Source of the DNA: a candidate division WWE3 bacterium
GTDB lineage: Bacteria > Patescibacteriota > WWE3 > UBA101185 > UBA10185
Reading direction: 5' to 3'
Assembly (NCBI GenBank): GCA_052035175.1
Contig: JBPOHV010000001.1
Coordinates: 41,569 to 105,568 of the forward strand
DNA: 64,000 bases
The notes under the pieces were generated by a model, which was given only the letters and a program-made list of their open reading frames with translations, searched no databases and was not told the DNA's origin. Below, one piece after another: positions 29,944 to 40,056 of this stretch (the stretch's first letter is position 1; each line of letters begins with the position of its first letter). The translations under genes and the position numbers were made by a program.

Positions 29944-30669
29944 TTATTGCTGAGAGATTTTTTCGAGCGAGACTACACTTGATACTCTTAAGAATTTGCT
30001 TTCTGCGTATCCCCATTCAAACGCCCCAGAAACTTTTACAGGCATCCCGATAGTTTCTTCAATATCTTTCCAGACAGTGTCATCTAGCGGAATTAACACA
30101 GTTGCATCAAGATTTGTTGGTATGCCAGACATATGTGTTGTATCAAGATAAGGTTCATCAAGATCTAAAATATAGTCATATCCAATATCGGGTGCCGGGC
30201 GTTCAAATCTTTTAATAACGCCTGTAAAGTCTGTTTGTTTTTCCAGTGGTCTTAGGTATTTTCCGTATGGTGTGCATTGCTCATATGCCAATGGTTCTAT
30301 TGTATCTATATGCGCATATAATCTGTCGTTGTTTGTAGTCTTGCCATCAAAGTTTGAACTTAAGTCCAAGTTTACTTTTACACATTTACCTAAGTAATGT
30401 TCTTGGTTAAAATTTTGTGTGGTTGATTGAATCAAAAATCCTAGATACTCTTCGCCATTGTATGTATAAGATTTTTCGTTCAAATCTGTAAGCTGAAACC
30501 CTTGTCTTTCTCCGACAGTGCGTATAACACCAGTAAATGTGAGTAGAGCTTTTTGTGTTGGTGGTTGTGTGCTTATGGTTGGCGCAGGACTTTTGAATAT
30601 TTGTATACTTGAAAACAAAAGTAAGCCAACTATAAATGTTCCGAGAATCACAAACGCTAACTTTTTCAT
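29944..30669 (-). CDS. Secreted hypothetical protein with an N-terminal signal peptide
   Basis: MKKLAFVILGTFIVGLLLFSS signal. 241 aa. Confidence 0.5.
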   Translation of the reverse strand: MKKLAFVILGTFIVGLLLFSSIQIFKSPAPTISTQPPTQKALLTFTGVIRTVGERQGFQLTDLNEKSYTYNGEEYLGFLIQSTTQNFNQEHYLGKCVKVNLDLSSNFDGKTTNNDRLYAHIDTIEPLAYEQCTPYGKYLRPLEKQTDFTGVIKRFERPAPDIGYDYILDLDEPYLDTTHMSGIPTNLDATVLIPLDDTVWKDIEETIGMPVKVSGAFEWGYAESKFLRVSSVVSLEKISQQ

Positions 30670-30690
30670 AAGTTTATTATACGTTAATTA

Positions 30691-32496
30691 TTATTTCTTG
30701 AGCACTTCTCGGAAAGCTTCTTGAGGAATTACTATTTTGCCAATTGATTTCATGCGTTCCTTACCCTTTTTTTGTTTTTCGAGCAACTTATCTTTACGTT
30801 CTCTGTGGCCGCCAGACATTTTTGCTAAAACATTTTTACGAAAAGCTGGTATATCTTCACGCGCTAGTATCTTACCTCCAACTGCGGCTTGAATAGCTAC
30901 TTTGAATTGTTGTCTGGGTATTACATCTTTTAGTTTGCGGACAACTTTCTTGCCGTATTCGGCTGCTTTTGATTTGAGTACTATTTGTGACAAAGGTGCA
31001 ACTAGTTCACCATGTACCATAATATCCATTTTGATGGCATCGACTTCTTTGTAATTACAAAACTCATAATCAAGGCTTGCGAAACCAGAAGATATATTTT
31101 TTAGTTCGTCAAAGAAGTTAAATACCAATTCGATAAGAGGTAACTCATAATCAAAAATAACCCGATCTTCGCTTGGGTAATCCATTTTTAATAAAATGCC
31201 TCTTCTGTCCTCGCACAATGTGATTATCGATCCGGTGTACTCGGCTGGTGTAACTATTGTTGCTTTTATCCAAGGTTCTTTGATTTGTTCTATCTGAGTT
31301 ACTTCGGGAAAGTCTGTAGAGCTTTTTACATATACCATCTCGCCATCAGTTTTTAATATTTCATATTCGACCGTTGGTGTTGTAGAAATCAATTCAAGGT
31401 TATATTCGCGCTCGAGCCGTTCTTGGACGATATCTGCATGCAGTAGACCTAGAAAACCGCATCTGAATCCAAATCCCAACGCATTGCTGCTTTCTGGTTC
31501 AAATCTTAATGAAGAATCAGATAAAGAAAGTTTTTGTAAAGCTTCGCGTAATTCTGGAAATTTTGCGTTATCTAGAGGATATATAGATACAAAGACAAAA
31601 GGTTTTACTTCCTTGTATCCTGGTAATGGTTGTGTTTGTGTAACATCAGAAGCAAGTATCAAAGTATCGCCGACTTTTACTTTATGAATATCTTTCATAC
31701 CTGTTGCTATGTAACCGACCTCTCCTGTATAAAGCGCTTCGATTGGCAGTCTGCCTGGTTTAAATATGCCGATTTGTTCTGGTGTAGATTCTGCGTGAGT
31801 AGCCATAAATCGTATTTTTTTACGAGCTTTAACTACTGATTCGTCTATTTTGCCGTCTACTATACGCAATGCCGCCACAACTCCAAGAAATTCATCGTAA
31901 AAAGTATCGAATATCAAAGCACGAAGAGGGGACTCTGGTGTACCTTTTGGTTCTGGAATTTCTTTTACCACTCTATCGAGAAGTTCTTTTACTCCTAGTC
32001 CTGTTTTTGCTGATACACACATAATTTCTTCTTTTTTAAACCCGAAGTTTTTGACCATTGCTTGTGTAACTTTTTCTACTTCGGCATTTTGCATATCAAT
32101 TTTGTTTAATACCGGAATAATGTGCAGATTTGCATCTAGCGCTTTATATATGTTGGATATTGTTTGAGCTTGGATTCCTTGTGTTGCGTCTACTACCAAA
32201 ATAGCTCCTTCGCATGCCGCTAGTGATCGCGAAACTTCGTATGCAAAGTCGACGTGTCCTGGTGTATCTATAAGATTAAGTTGGTAAGTTTCTCCTTCGT
32301 AGTCGTAGTGCATACGCACAGGTTTTAGTTTTATAGTTATGCCTTTTTCTTTTTCTAACTCCATAGAGTCTAGAGTTTGTTCTATTAAATGCCTTTTATC
32401 TACGGTACCAGTCATCTCCAAGAACCTATCGGCCAAAGTTGACTTCCCGTGGTCTATGTGTGCAATTATGCAAAAGTTACGTATTTTTTGTTGCAT
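30691..32496 (-). CDS. lepA: Elongation factor 4 (LepA)
   Basis: IRNFCIIAHIDHGKSTLADR G-domain. LepA-specific C-terminal domain. Confidence 0.9.
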   Translation of the reverse strand: MQQKIRNFCIIAHIDHGKSTLADRFLEMTGTVDKRHLIEQTLDSMELEKEKGITIKLKPVRMHYDYEGETYQLNLIDTPGHVDFAYEVSRSLAACEGAILVVDATQGIQAQTISNIYKALDANLHIIPVLNKIDMQNAEVEKVTQAMVKNFGFKKEEIMCVSAKTGLGVKELLDRVVKEIPEPKGTPESPLRALIFDTFYDEFLGVVAALRIVDGKIDESVVKARKKIRFMATHAESTPEQIGIFKPGRLPIEALYTGEVGYIATGMKDIHKVKVGDTLILASDVTQTQPLPGYKEVKPFVFVSIYPLDNAKFPELREALQKLSLSDSSLRFEPESSNALGFGFRCGFLGLLHADIVQERLEREYNLELISTTPTVEYEILKTDGEMVYVKSSTDFPEVTQIEQIKEPWIKATIVTPAEYTGSIITLCEDRRGILLKMDYPSEDRVIFDYELPLIELVFNFFDELKNISSGFASLDYEFCNYKEVDAIKMDIMVHGELVAPLSQIVLKSKAAEYGKKVVRKLKDVIPRQQFKVAIQAAVGGKILAREDIPAFRKNVLAKMSGGHRERKDKLLEKQKKGKERMKSIGKIVIPQEAFREVLKK

Positions 32497-32543
32497 GCGG
32501 GGATTTTACCATTAGTAAGCGATTCTAGCAGGGTTTGTATAGT

Positions 32544-34217
32544 TTACTTAAGGTTTTGAGATAAAGTTTGATCAAAGCTTTGGTATGTCTTTTTGATTTT
32601 TAGTCTTCTTAATATGCTATAAAACATTTCTATTTCTGTGACTTTGAATAGTTTTGTGAATATAAGATAAGTTGTCATGCCCGCCAAAGTTACTATTCCG
32701 CTAAGAACGAGTAAGTTTATGGTTTTGGTAGTATCAAATACCAATTGGTCTAGCAATTTCATTGGGATATAAATGCTTGCGCCCATAAGAAGTCCAGCCA
32801 TGCTGATTTTTGTCATTGGAATGATTATTTTTTCTATATCAAAACCAAGTACCTTTTTGTTAAGTGCATAAAACATAAGAAGCATGTCCATTATTGCTGT
32901 GATTGAAAAAGATAAAGCTATGCACCAAACCCCCAAATCTAAGATTCTTATAAAGTATAGAGAAAGCAGTATGTTTACAAAGATAGTGAATAAGCTAATC
33001 TTTACAGGTGTTTGTGTATCTTTGAGTGCATAAAATGCTCGTGTAATTATGTACACCGCGCTTTGTGCAAATATAGATACGCTAAAAAAGGCTAGCGTGT
33101 ATGCCGTGCTCACAGTAGCATCCCAGGGGAATCTATCTGCGCCGTATACTATTCTTACTACAGGAATTCTAAGTACCAACAAGATTATGCTTACTGGTAC
33201 TATCAAAAACATCATTTGATGAAAAGAAGTCAAAAACGTTTCCTTAAATCTTTTGTAGTTATCTTCTTCGCCTTCAGCAGAGAGCGTCGGTAAAGCTGCC
33301 GTTGCTATAGCGACACCAAAAATTTGTACAGGAAAGAATTGTAACTGTGTTGCGTATTTAAAGTGTGCAGCGGCAGAGGGTGATATTAGCAGAGCAAATG
33401 AGTTATTAACTGTGTATATTAGGTTTGTAATAAATACGCTCCCAATTCTGGGCAATAACATACTCAGTAATTCCCTGATTTCACCTGCTTTTATTTTTAT
33501 TGCCGGAATATATTTAAAATCTACTTTGAGTGCAAAAGGTATTTGGAGTAACAAATGAAGTACAGCACCAATGATTACGCTATATGCCATGGCGTAAATA
33601 CCAAATGATTTGACCAATATTAAGGTGCCAAATATATAGCCTAGGTTAAATACTATTGGTGCTATGGCGGTAGCAAGAAAATGTCTAAATGATTGAAGTA
33701 TGCTTGTTATAAAAGTGCTTGCGACAAGTATTATTTGCCCAACTAACATTATTCTTAACAAATCGGCACCTAATGCAATCTCAGTAGGGCCAAATGTGCC
33801 CAAGGCTAACAGCCCAATTATCTGCTTGGCAAAAATGAAAACTGGGATGCTTATAACGCTAAAGACTAGAAGCGTAGTATTTATAATTGCAGATGCGGCC
33901 TTGAACGCCTCTTCTTTGTTCTTGTTATATAAATTATTGAAAATAGGGATAAATATAGTCGAAAGTGACCCCCATACTAGTACTTGAAATATTAAGCTTG
34001 GTATTTTATCTGCAGTAAAAAAAACGGCAACTTCTGTAGAATCACCGAAATATGTTGCCGTAACCCTACCTTTTATAAAGCCAAGAAAGGCGTTTATACC
34101 GCCAGCAAGCGACAGAATTACCGCAGCAGATATTATCGTATTTTGGGTTCTTAACAAGAAATTACCCAGTGATCCTGTTTTTGCATTGTTTGCTATTTTT
34201 CTTAATATGTCGACCAT
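32544..34217 (-). CDS. murJ: Lipid II flippase MurJ/MviN
   Basis: 14-TM MOP-family pattern. The N-terminus is typical of MurJ. Confidence 0.8.
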   Translation of the reverse strand: MVDILRKIANNAKTGSLGNFLLRTQNTIISAAVILSLAGGINAFLGFIKGRVTATYFGDSTEVAVFFTADKIPSLIFQVLVWGSLSTIFIPIFNNLYNKNKEEAFKAASAIINTTLLVFSVISIPVFIFAKQIIGLLALGTFGPTEIALGADLLRIMLVGQIILVASTFITSILQSFRHFLATAIAPIVFNLGYIFGTLILVKSFGIYAMAYSVIIGAVLHLLLQIPFALKVDFKYIPAIKIKAGEIRELLSMLLPRIGSVFITNLIYTVNNSFALLISPSAAAHFKYATQLQFFPVQIFGVAIATAALPTLSAEGEEDNYKRFKETFLTSFHQMMFLIVPVSIILLVLRIPVVRIVYGADRFPWDATVSTAYTLAFFSVSIFAQSAVYIITRAFYALKDTQTPVKISLFTIFVNILLSLYFIRILDLGVWCIALSFSITAIMDMLLMFYALNKKVLGFDIEKIIIPMTKISMAGLLMGASIYIPMKLLDQLVFDTTKTINLLVLSGIVTLAGMTTYLIFTKLFKVTEIEMFYSILRRLKIKKTYQSFDQTLSQNLK

Positions 34218-34259
34218 ACTTCACGTCCTGTTTAGTATATGGTATTATACCGCCTGTCT

Positions 34260-34595
34260 ATGCCAAATAAACTATCAACTAAAAAAGCAGTTAGGTCAAG
34301 TGCTAAAAAGCGCCAACACAACCTTTTCTGGAAAGAGCGCATAAAGTTTGCAAAAAAAGAATTAACAACTTTGTTAAGCGAGAAAGGTGTTTCTCTTGAT
34401 ATACTAAATCCAAAGGTTAATTTATTGCAAAAATTGCTCGACAAAGCATCAAAAGAGCAAGTTATTCATAAGAATAAAGCTAATAGATTAAAATCTAGAT
34501 ATGCTAAAAAAGTTTCTGCTCTGGTTAGCGGATCTACAAACTCTGCTGAGCCAACAAAAGAAAAATCTAAGTCAACAAGAAAATCAGCGAAGTGA
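34260..34595 (+). CDS. rpsT: 30S ribosomal protein S20
   Basis: SAKKRQHN...VIHKNKANRLKSR matches S20. Start placed at the second Met (MPNKLSTKKA). Confidence 0.75.
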   Translation: MPNKLSTKKAVRSSAKKRQHNLFWKERIKFAKKELTTLLSEKGVSLDILNPKVNLLQKLLDKASKEQVIHKNKANRLKSRYAKKVSALVSGSTNSAEPTKEKSKSTRKSAK

Positions 34596-35127
34596 TGTCT
34601 ACGATATCAACTTGTTGCATGAATCTAGTCTCACCACTTTTAACCGCACAAAGCTAAATAATCGCATAAAATTTGCTAAAGCAATTTTGTATATTACCGC
34701 TTTCTTGTTTATTTTAGTAATCGGAGTAAATTTTTACTTTGATCAGGTTATAACATCTCTCAAAGCTGAACAGACTGCTTTGGTCCAAAATTATGACTCC
34801 AAAGCCGAAACAAAAGCCGATTTATTTCTATTACAATCTCAAATAACTTTATATAAAAACACTTTACCCTTGTTAGATGCAACGAGTATGAGTGATTACG
34901 TGTCGTTAGCTTATAGATCTTTTGTCCATAATATTAGTTTGCATACTATGATCATAGATAGATCGCACATGACTATTTATGGCGAATCCGCTAGTGTTTT
35001 GTCTTTTACACGACTTATACACGAGTACGCTTCGTCTGACAAAGTTAGCTATTTGGTTTTAAAAAGCGCATATTTTAATCCTGACACCCAAGCTTATATA
35101 GTAGATTTGGAGGTATTTTTCAAATGA
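34501..35127 (+). CDS. PilN-like bitopic protein (INLL motif, one TM, periplasmic domain); true start uncertain
   Basis: DINLLHESS...RIKFAKAILYITAFLFILVIG fits the PilN N-terminal architecture. The track ORF overlaps the rpsT 3' end by 95 nt in another frame, and there is no in-frame ATG near the INLL motif. Confidence 0.4.
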   Translation: MLKKFLLWLADLQTLLSQQKKNLSQQENQRSDVYDINLLHESSLTTFNRTKLNNRIKFAKAILYITAFLFILVIGVNFYFDQVITSLKAEQTALVQNYDSKAETKADLFLLQSQITLYKNTLPLLDATSMSDYVSLAYRSFVHNISLHTMIIDRSHMTIYGESASVLSFTRLIHEYASSDKVSYLVLKSAYFNPDTQAYIVDLEVFFK

Positions 35128-35675
35128 ATTTATCAAAGACATATGTAAATGCAAAAAGAAGCTTACTGTGGTTGCAACTACAGACGCAGTATTATTTTAT
35201 TGCTGCTGGTTGTGCCTTTGTAGTTTTTTTCATATTAGGTGTTATTCCTATGGTGAAGCAGGCTCGTGCAAAATATGAGCTTATACAAGATATGAAAGCC
35301 GTAAACGAAAATCTTTCGCAAAATGTTGCGCAGTTAGATGTTGCTGCTAGCAGGTTGCAAATATATGGTCCATTCATAGACGAATTTCGTTTGAGTCTTC
35401 CAAATACATATAGTATTCAAGATTATCTTACGAATCTTGACGCAGCCGCAGCTTCGGCAAATTTTGTTATTAGAAATTTCAGATTTTCAGTAGCTGCCGA
35501 TGATTATAGCGAGTATGACGTTACATTTGCTGGTGATGGCAGCGTTCAAGACTTGGTGCGTGCTATTGAACAAATGCGCAGTACAGTTACCATAGTTTCT
35601 GTAAGTTCTAGTCTTTCTCCTTTTAGCGATAATAAATATAATGTTAGTATAAATTTGCACATGTATACGTTATGA
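35124..35675 (+). CDS. PilO-like bitopic protein
   Basis: Short cytoplasmic N-terminus, one TM, then a coiled-coil plus alpha/beta periplasmic domain. Overlaps the PilN-like gene by 4 nt. Confidence 0.4.
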   Translation: MNLSKTYVNAKRSLLWLQLQTQYYFIAAGCAFVVFFILGVIPMVKQARAKYELIQDMKAVNENLSQNVAQLDVAASRLQIYGPFIDEFRLSLPNTYSIQDYLTNLDAAAASANFVIRNFRFSVAADDYSEYDVTFAGDGSVQDLVRAIEQMRSTVTIVSVSSSLSPFSDNKYNVSINLHMYTL

Positions 35676-35869
35676 AAGTCTTTGGGTTAAGAGATACGGC
35701 TATATTAGTGTTGGTATATTTTCTGATGACTGTGTTGTGGATGGCAGTGATTGTAAAGTCACCAGCAAATGAAAATGCTTTGCCAAAAGATGTAGTTGAA
35801 AAATCTTCTTTATTCGATGATAATATTGATATAGAATTTCTTAAACAGTTTGAATCACCAATTAGGTGA
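35672..35869 (+). CDS. Small single-TM protein
   Basis: 65 aa, TM LVLVYFLMTVLWMAVIV. Translationally coupled to the upstream gene. Confidence 0.3.
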   Translation: MKVFGLRDTAILVLVYFLMTVLWMAVIVKSPANENALPKDVVEKSSLFDDNIDIEFLKQFESPIR

Positions 35870-35885
35870 CGAACTGTCCTGCCAT

Positions 35886-36380
35886 ATGAATAGCACACAA
35901 GCACAAAAAGGTTTTAAAACATTTATAATCACACTTCTAGTATCATTCGTGGTTTTTAGCGCAGTATATTATCTGGCCAATCAAATAAGCTCTCGAGATT
36001 ATGCTAATGATTTAGCAAATGATCTGTCTATGCAAGTTGCTTCACAAGATGCACCTAGCGCAACTGTATCTGATGGCGCTGTATTGGGTACCGAGACTGT
36101 ATCAGAACCACAACAACCCACAGTTCCTGTTCAAGATGATCAACCTAGTGTATTTAAAGAGTTGGCAAATCAAAAACCAAATGTACAACCAAAATTTGTT
36201 TTAGCTGGTTCTACATCAGAAAGTACAACTCCTCCAGTTCCAGAGACTGGAAGTACGGGTATCACACTGGGTCTTGCATTTTCTACCGTAGTTTTTGCTG
36301 CTGGCGTATATTGGATATCAAAAGATCCAAGAAAGAATGCACTCAAAGCATTCGAAGACAATGTAACAAAGAATTTGTAG
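35886..36380 (+). CDS. Cell-surface protein with a C-terminal sortase sorting signal (VPETG, hydrophobic stretch, KDPRKN)
   Basis: N-terminal signal anchor. Pro/Thr-rich linker. PPVPETGSTG followed by ITLGLAFSTVVFAAGVYWI and a basic tail. Confidence 0.5.
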   Translation: MNSTQAQKGFKTFIITLLVSFVVFSAVYYLANQISSRDYANDLANDLSMQVASQDAPSATVSDGAVLGTETVSEPQQPTVPVQDDQPSVFKELANQKPNVQPKFVLAGSTSESTTPPVPETGSTGITLGLAFSTVVFAAGVYWISKDPRKNALKAFEDNVTKNL

Positions 36381-36385
36381 TATTT

Positions 36386-36814
36386 ATGGCAATATTTGGT
36401 TTAGAAAATCTTTTTGGTGCTAAGGCAGACTCCGGTTCTAATTTTTATGGCGATCCAAATCTTACAGCCGATGCCAAAGGTAATATAATTTCTTCATCTG
36501 GCGCACACGCAGAATCAGCCCCACTTCCATATGCAGATGTGACACGTGCAAGTGAAGTGCATCATGTTTATCAGCATGGCGCTACAGGCACGGGTTATCA
36601 AAACGAAACTATGCCAATAGATAAAGTGGCTCTACTTTATGATTTAAGAACGCAACATCCAGAAGTAATCGCTATAAGAGATGACCTTGCGCATCATGGT
36701 CACAAGGGTGATAGAGCTACTACCGAGGTTGAAATGAATGGCACTCACTACACTGTGATATTCGAGCATTCTGGTAGCAGAGGTACCATCGACACGCATA
36801 TATGGGAGCAGTAA
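36386..36814 (+). CDS. His-rich hypothetical protein (no TM)
   Basis: Motifs HHVYQHG and HHGHKGD. GC ~43%. Start chosen at MAIFGLE; the track ORF begins earlier and overlaps the upstream gene. Confidence 0.4.
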   Translation: MAIFGLENLFGAKADSGSNFYGDPNLTADAKGNIISSSGAHAESAPLPYADVTRASEVHHVYQHGATGTGYQNETMPIDKVALLYDLRTQHPEVIAIRDDLAHHGHKGDRATTEVEMNGTHYTVIFEHSGSRGTIDTHIWEQ

Positions 36815-36819
36815 TATTT

Positions 36820-37644
36820 CTATTCGTCTAATTCAGCTGTTACCAGCAATCTATTAGTTTTCAATCCTCCGGGCCAGCACGTTAATAATGTAAGCGTAGG
36901 TTTGTTTAGGTATAAAGGATTAACCGTATCGATAGGATTTATTTCATTTGGTTTTTTTATCTCTGTTTTTTGAACAATGTATTTTATTTCTTTGTTGTTG
37001 TAATTTACATTTATTTCATCTCCAGTAACTAATCTATCTAGTGTTGCAAAAATGGTTTTGTAGTTCTTTGGATTATAAAAGAAAGCTAAAACCGAATGTC
37101 CATAAATGAGTGTGTTACCATTTTCGCCGGGTAAAGCAGTATTTGGGTAATGCCCCAAAAAGTTTTCTGGGCTTAGTTCTTGTGAATTTGTTTCAACTAG
37201 CGCATTTTCTATATTGAGCTTTGGTATCGAAATATAAAAGTATTTTGGTATATTTGTATCTTTTGCAGCTAGCACCGCTGGATTTGTAACAATGTTATTT
37301 ATCGGTGCTGACAAATTATTTTGTGCCAGATCAACTTCCAATTCTTTGGGTTGTTGCTTGGAAATTTGTTTTCTAAGTTCTGTAAATTCAAATTTTTCAA
37401 AACCCACTGCCCATGCAAATAACGTATTTTGTTGTTTAAATTTGTTCTCCAAATGTTGTAACGGCGTAGTAAAAAAAACCAATGGCATGATCACTTGTAC
37501 GACCAAGACTGCGAGTCCAACTATAAATAAAAACCTGTGCAAATTTGTACGCGCAAAGAAACTTTTGTTTTTTTGTGTATAAAATGGGATTCGCGAATAA
37601 TCTTTGAAATATATCTTTTTTTCAAATTTATTAAATATGGGCAT
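36820..37644 (-). CDS. Sortase (transpeptidase)
   Basis: Catalytic TLLTCWP Cys motif. LIYGHSV His. N-terminal TM anchor. Confidence 0.75.
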   Translation of the reverse strand: MPIFNKFEKKIYFKDYSRIPFYTQKNKSFFARTNLHRFLFIVGLAVLVVQVIMPLVFFTTPLQHLENKFKQQNTLFAWAVGFEKFEFTELRKQISKQQPKELEVDLAQNNLSAPINNIVTNPAVLAAKDTNIPKYFYISIPKLNIENALVETNSQELSPENFLGHYPNTALPGENGNTLIYGHSVLAFFYNPKNYKTIFATLDRLVTGDEINVNYNNKEIKYIVQKTEIKKPNEINPIDTVNPLYLNKPTLTLLTCWPGGLKTNRLLVTAELDE

Positions 37645-38351
37645 TATTCAGAGTTTATCACTTTTTCCATGGCTAAAGGTAATAATAAATCCAAAGGCAT
37701 CACGCCAGTTTTTGCATTTTTATCTAGATCATAAAAATAGGTATAAATTTCTTTGATACTTTGTTCAGAAAACTTTGTCGCAAACTTTTCATACTTTGAT
37801 TTTGTAAAAGGTGATAAAGTTTTGCCTTTATCAGAGCCGCATACTAAATAACCAACAGTACGCAATCCGTATAGCAAAAGCGAAAAGAAATATATTGGAT
37901 CGTTATCTTCTAAAGTCATAGCTTTTTGCAATTCTTTATATGCTTTTGTGCGATCTTTTGCAAAAACAGCATCAACATATGCAAAGACATTACCTTCGAT
38001 TGGCTTAGTATTTTCAACAATTTTTGCTTTGAGGCTTGCTGCAGCTTTTATAAAAGCATTTGATTTTGTTAGAGATTTGTTTGCTAGTAATATTACTGTG
38101 GCTGTTTCTGGTGCATCTTTGATTATTTGAATATGGTCGGTGTAGTCGCCAGTTTTTGATGCTGATATATCTATAACTACAAAAGGCGTTTCCCCAAAAA
38201 TACCAAACGCGCTCACTTGCGAGTTAAGTTCATCTGGTGTGAGTTCTTCGAGTTTTTTTTCAAAAACAATTACATTAGTAATTTTCTTTTGCTGGTTTTT
38301 AACTATTTTTCTATTAGCTGTATAGTCGGTACCGTGTACAATATAAATCAT
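37644..38351 (-). CDS. DNA polymerase III delta subunit-like (HolA-like)
   Basis: N-terminal IYIVHGTD and overall size and pattern resemble short HolA. Weak call. Confidence 0.4.
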   Translation of the reverse strand: MIYIVHGTDYTANRKIVKNQQKKITNVIVFEKKLEELTPDELNSQVSAFGIFGETPFVVIDISASKTGDYTDHIQIIKDAPETATVILLANKSLTKSNAFIKAAASLKAKIVENTKPIEGNVFAYVDAVFAKDRTKAYKELQKAMTLEDNDPIYFFSLLLYGLRTVGYLVCGSDKGKTLSPFTKSKYEKFATKFSEQSIKEIYTYFYDLDKNAKTGVMPLDLLLPLAMEKVINSE

Positions 38352-39385
38352 TTTGTACTAAAAAGGTATTTTTGTACGTATGCACGTATTTGTGTGTAGT
38401 CTCCTGCTTTGGGTATAAGCACATACGCACCTCCGTATAGAGATGTGTCTTGTGGTGCATATAGTAATCCGCCTTCTTCTTCTGTACTTCTATCGTCTAA
38501 AACTACAGAAGTGATGTTTTTGAAGTCGAAGTCTTTGGCTAATAAAAGAAATGCCTGAACCGCAGAGATATCGACATCTGTCTCAACATTTTTTGCATAC
38601 GAGTTATATAATTCTATGATTTTACTAGGGTTGGCAAGAATACCTGTAGATAACGCTTTATCTTTTATTGCTAAGATGACTTTGTGTTGACGTTTTGCCC
38701 GAGCAAAATCTGTGCCTTCATTGTTGTTGCCTTTTCTTGATCGTGCAAATTTTAATGCAGTTTTGCCGTCCATGTTTTGTATACCTGCTTCAAAGTGAAG
38801 TGTTTCATACCGTTCATTGATGGGGGCGTTTTCTTTTCCTTCTATCGGATATTCATAATCAGTGAAAGCCGTTTCTACGTTTATGTCTACACCATCTAGT
38901 ATGTCTATAACTTGTTCAAACATATCAAATGTGACGACAGAGTAGTAATGAATAGGTACACCCATAGATGTTTCAATTATCTTTCTAAGTTCTTCTGGAC
39001 CTTTAGAAGTATAAACTGCATTTATTTTGGAAAATCCTCCTGAGGGTTGTTCTACCCATAAATCACGCGGTACAGATATAAGCACAGCATTTTTATCTAC
39101 TTTGCTGACTGATGCTATTAATATTGTGTCAGTTAATACTGATGTAACTGTACCGTTATGGCGTTTATCGAGCCCTAGTATCAAAATGTTTGTACGTCCA
39201 TCTGTGTCTTTCAAGTTTGGTGATACGACATTGGCAACTACACTGATTGGATTAAAAATACCATTTAACTTACCAGAAAGTGCGAGCCCCACAATAATCA
39301 TTGTTAGCAACAGCCCAACTGCGGCAGTAATCCTGCCTCTGCTTTTTTGTGGTTTTTCTTTTTGTTTTATATCTATGTATGTCAT
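38348..39385 (-). CDS. LytR-CpsA-Psr (LCP) family cell-envelope phosphotransferase
   Basis: N-terminal TM. ILILGLDKRHNG...VPRDLWV...GGFSKINAVY LCP core. Confidence 0.75.
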   Translation of the reverse strand: MTYIDIKQKEKPQKSRGRITAAVGLLLTMIIVGLALSGKLNGIFNPISVVANVVSPNLKDTDGRTNILILGLDKRHNGTVTSVLTDTILIASVSKVDKNAVLISVPRDLWVEQPSGGFSKINAVYTSKGPEELRKIIETSMGVPIHYYSVVTFDMFEQVIDILDGVDINVETAFTDYEYPIEGKENAPINERYETLHFEAGIQNMDGKTALKFARSRKGNNNEGTDFARAKRQHKVILAIKDKALSTGILANPSKIIELYNSYAKNVETDVDISAVQAFLLLAKDFDFKNITSVVLDDRSTEEEGGLLYAPQDTSLYGGAYVLIPKAGDYTQIRAYVQKYLFSTK

Positions 39386-39396
39386 TAAATTATCTT

Positions 39397-40038
39397 TTAT
39401 TTATCAAATGCTTTAGCTATGTCCAAAAAGTGTTCGGGATCCAAGCTAGCATGTCCTACAAGTACTCCTGAGATATCTTGTATATTAGCGAGATTTTCCA
39501 CATTTTGTCTATTTACAGACCCGCCATATATAATTTTTTTACTAAACTGCAATTTGGTTGTGATCTCTTTTATATTTGAAGAAATTTGATCAATATTTGT
39601 ATTTTTGTATACACCATTTTGACTTATATTATTGTGATCTTCCCAAGCTAATAACGCGTCTTGATGGTCAAAAGTTTGTGCTTGTTCCAATGTTTCAAAA
39701 CATATTATTGGCGTTATCTTATTTTTCAAACATAAATCTCTTTTTATCAAAGTTTCTTCGTTTTTAGGTTTTGTTTCGCTGTGTCCAATTATGCAGTATT
39801 TACAAAAAGCTTTTATACTCTCAATAGAAGTTGCCCCTGTGTGCGCACCTGTTTCAAATATAGAAATATCTTGAGATGCTGTGGCTAATGTTTCACTTGT
39901 TAATTCCAAAAACGCTACTTGTGGCGCTACTATAAGCTTTGTTTTTTGAGAACTATATTGAGAAACTATTTTTAGCCAGTTGGTTATTTCCTCTGTTGTA
40001 TTTTTGCTCAATTTAAAATTGGCTATTATGTACTTCAT
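39397..40038 (-). CDS. tpiA: Triosephosphate isomerase (short form)
   Basis: IIANFKLS, GAHTGATS, IGHSETK, YGGSV. Confidence 0.8.
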   Translation of the reverse strand: MKYIIANFKLSKNTTEEITNWLKIVSQYSSQKTKLIVAPQVAFLELTSETLATASQDISIFETGAHTGATSIESIKAFCKYCIIGHSETKPKNEETLIKRDLCLKNKITPIICFETLEQAQTFDHQDALLAWEDHNNISQNGVYKNTNIDQISSNIKEITTKLQFSKKIIYGGSVNRQNVENLANIQDISGVLVGHASLDPEHFLDIAKAFDK

Positions 40039-40056
40039 AAACTCTTTTTATGTACT

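Noticed and set aside
35886-35960. Type IV prepilin (G|F...E+5) signal in the PETG surface protein and in the LamG-like protein N-termini
   Set aside because: Both have a Gly-Phe followed by a hydrophobic helix but lack the conserved Glu at +5. More consistent with signal anchors.
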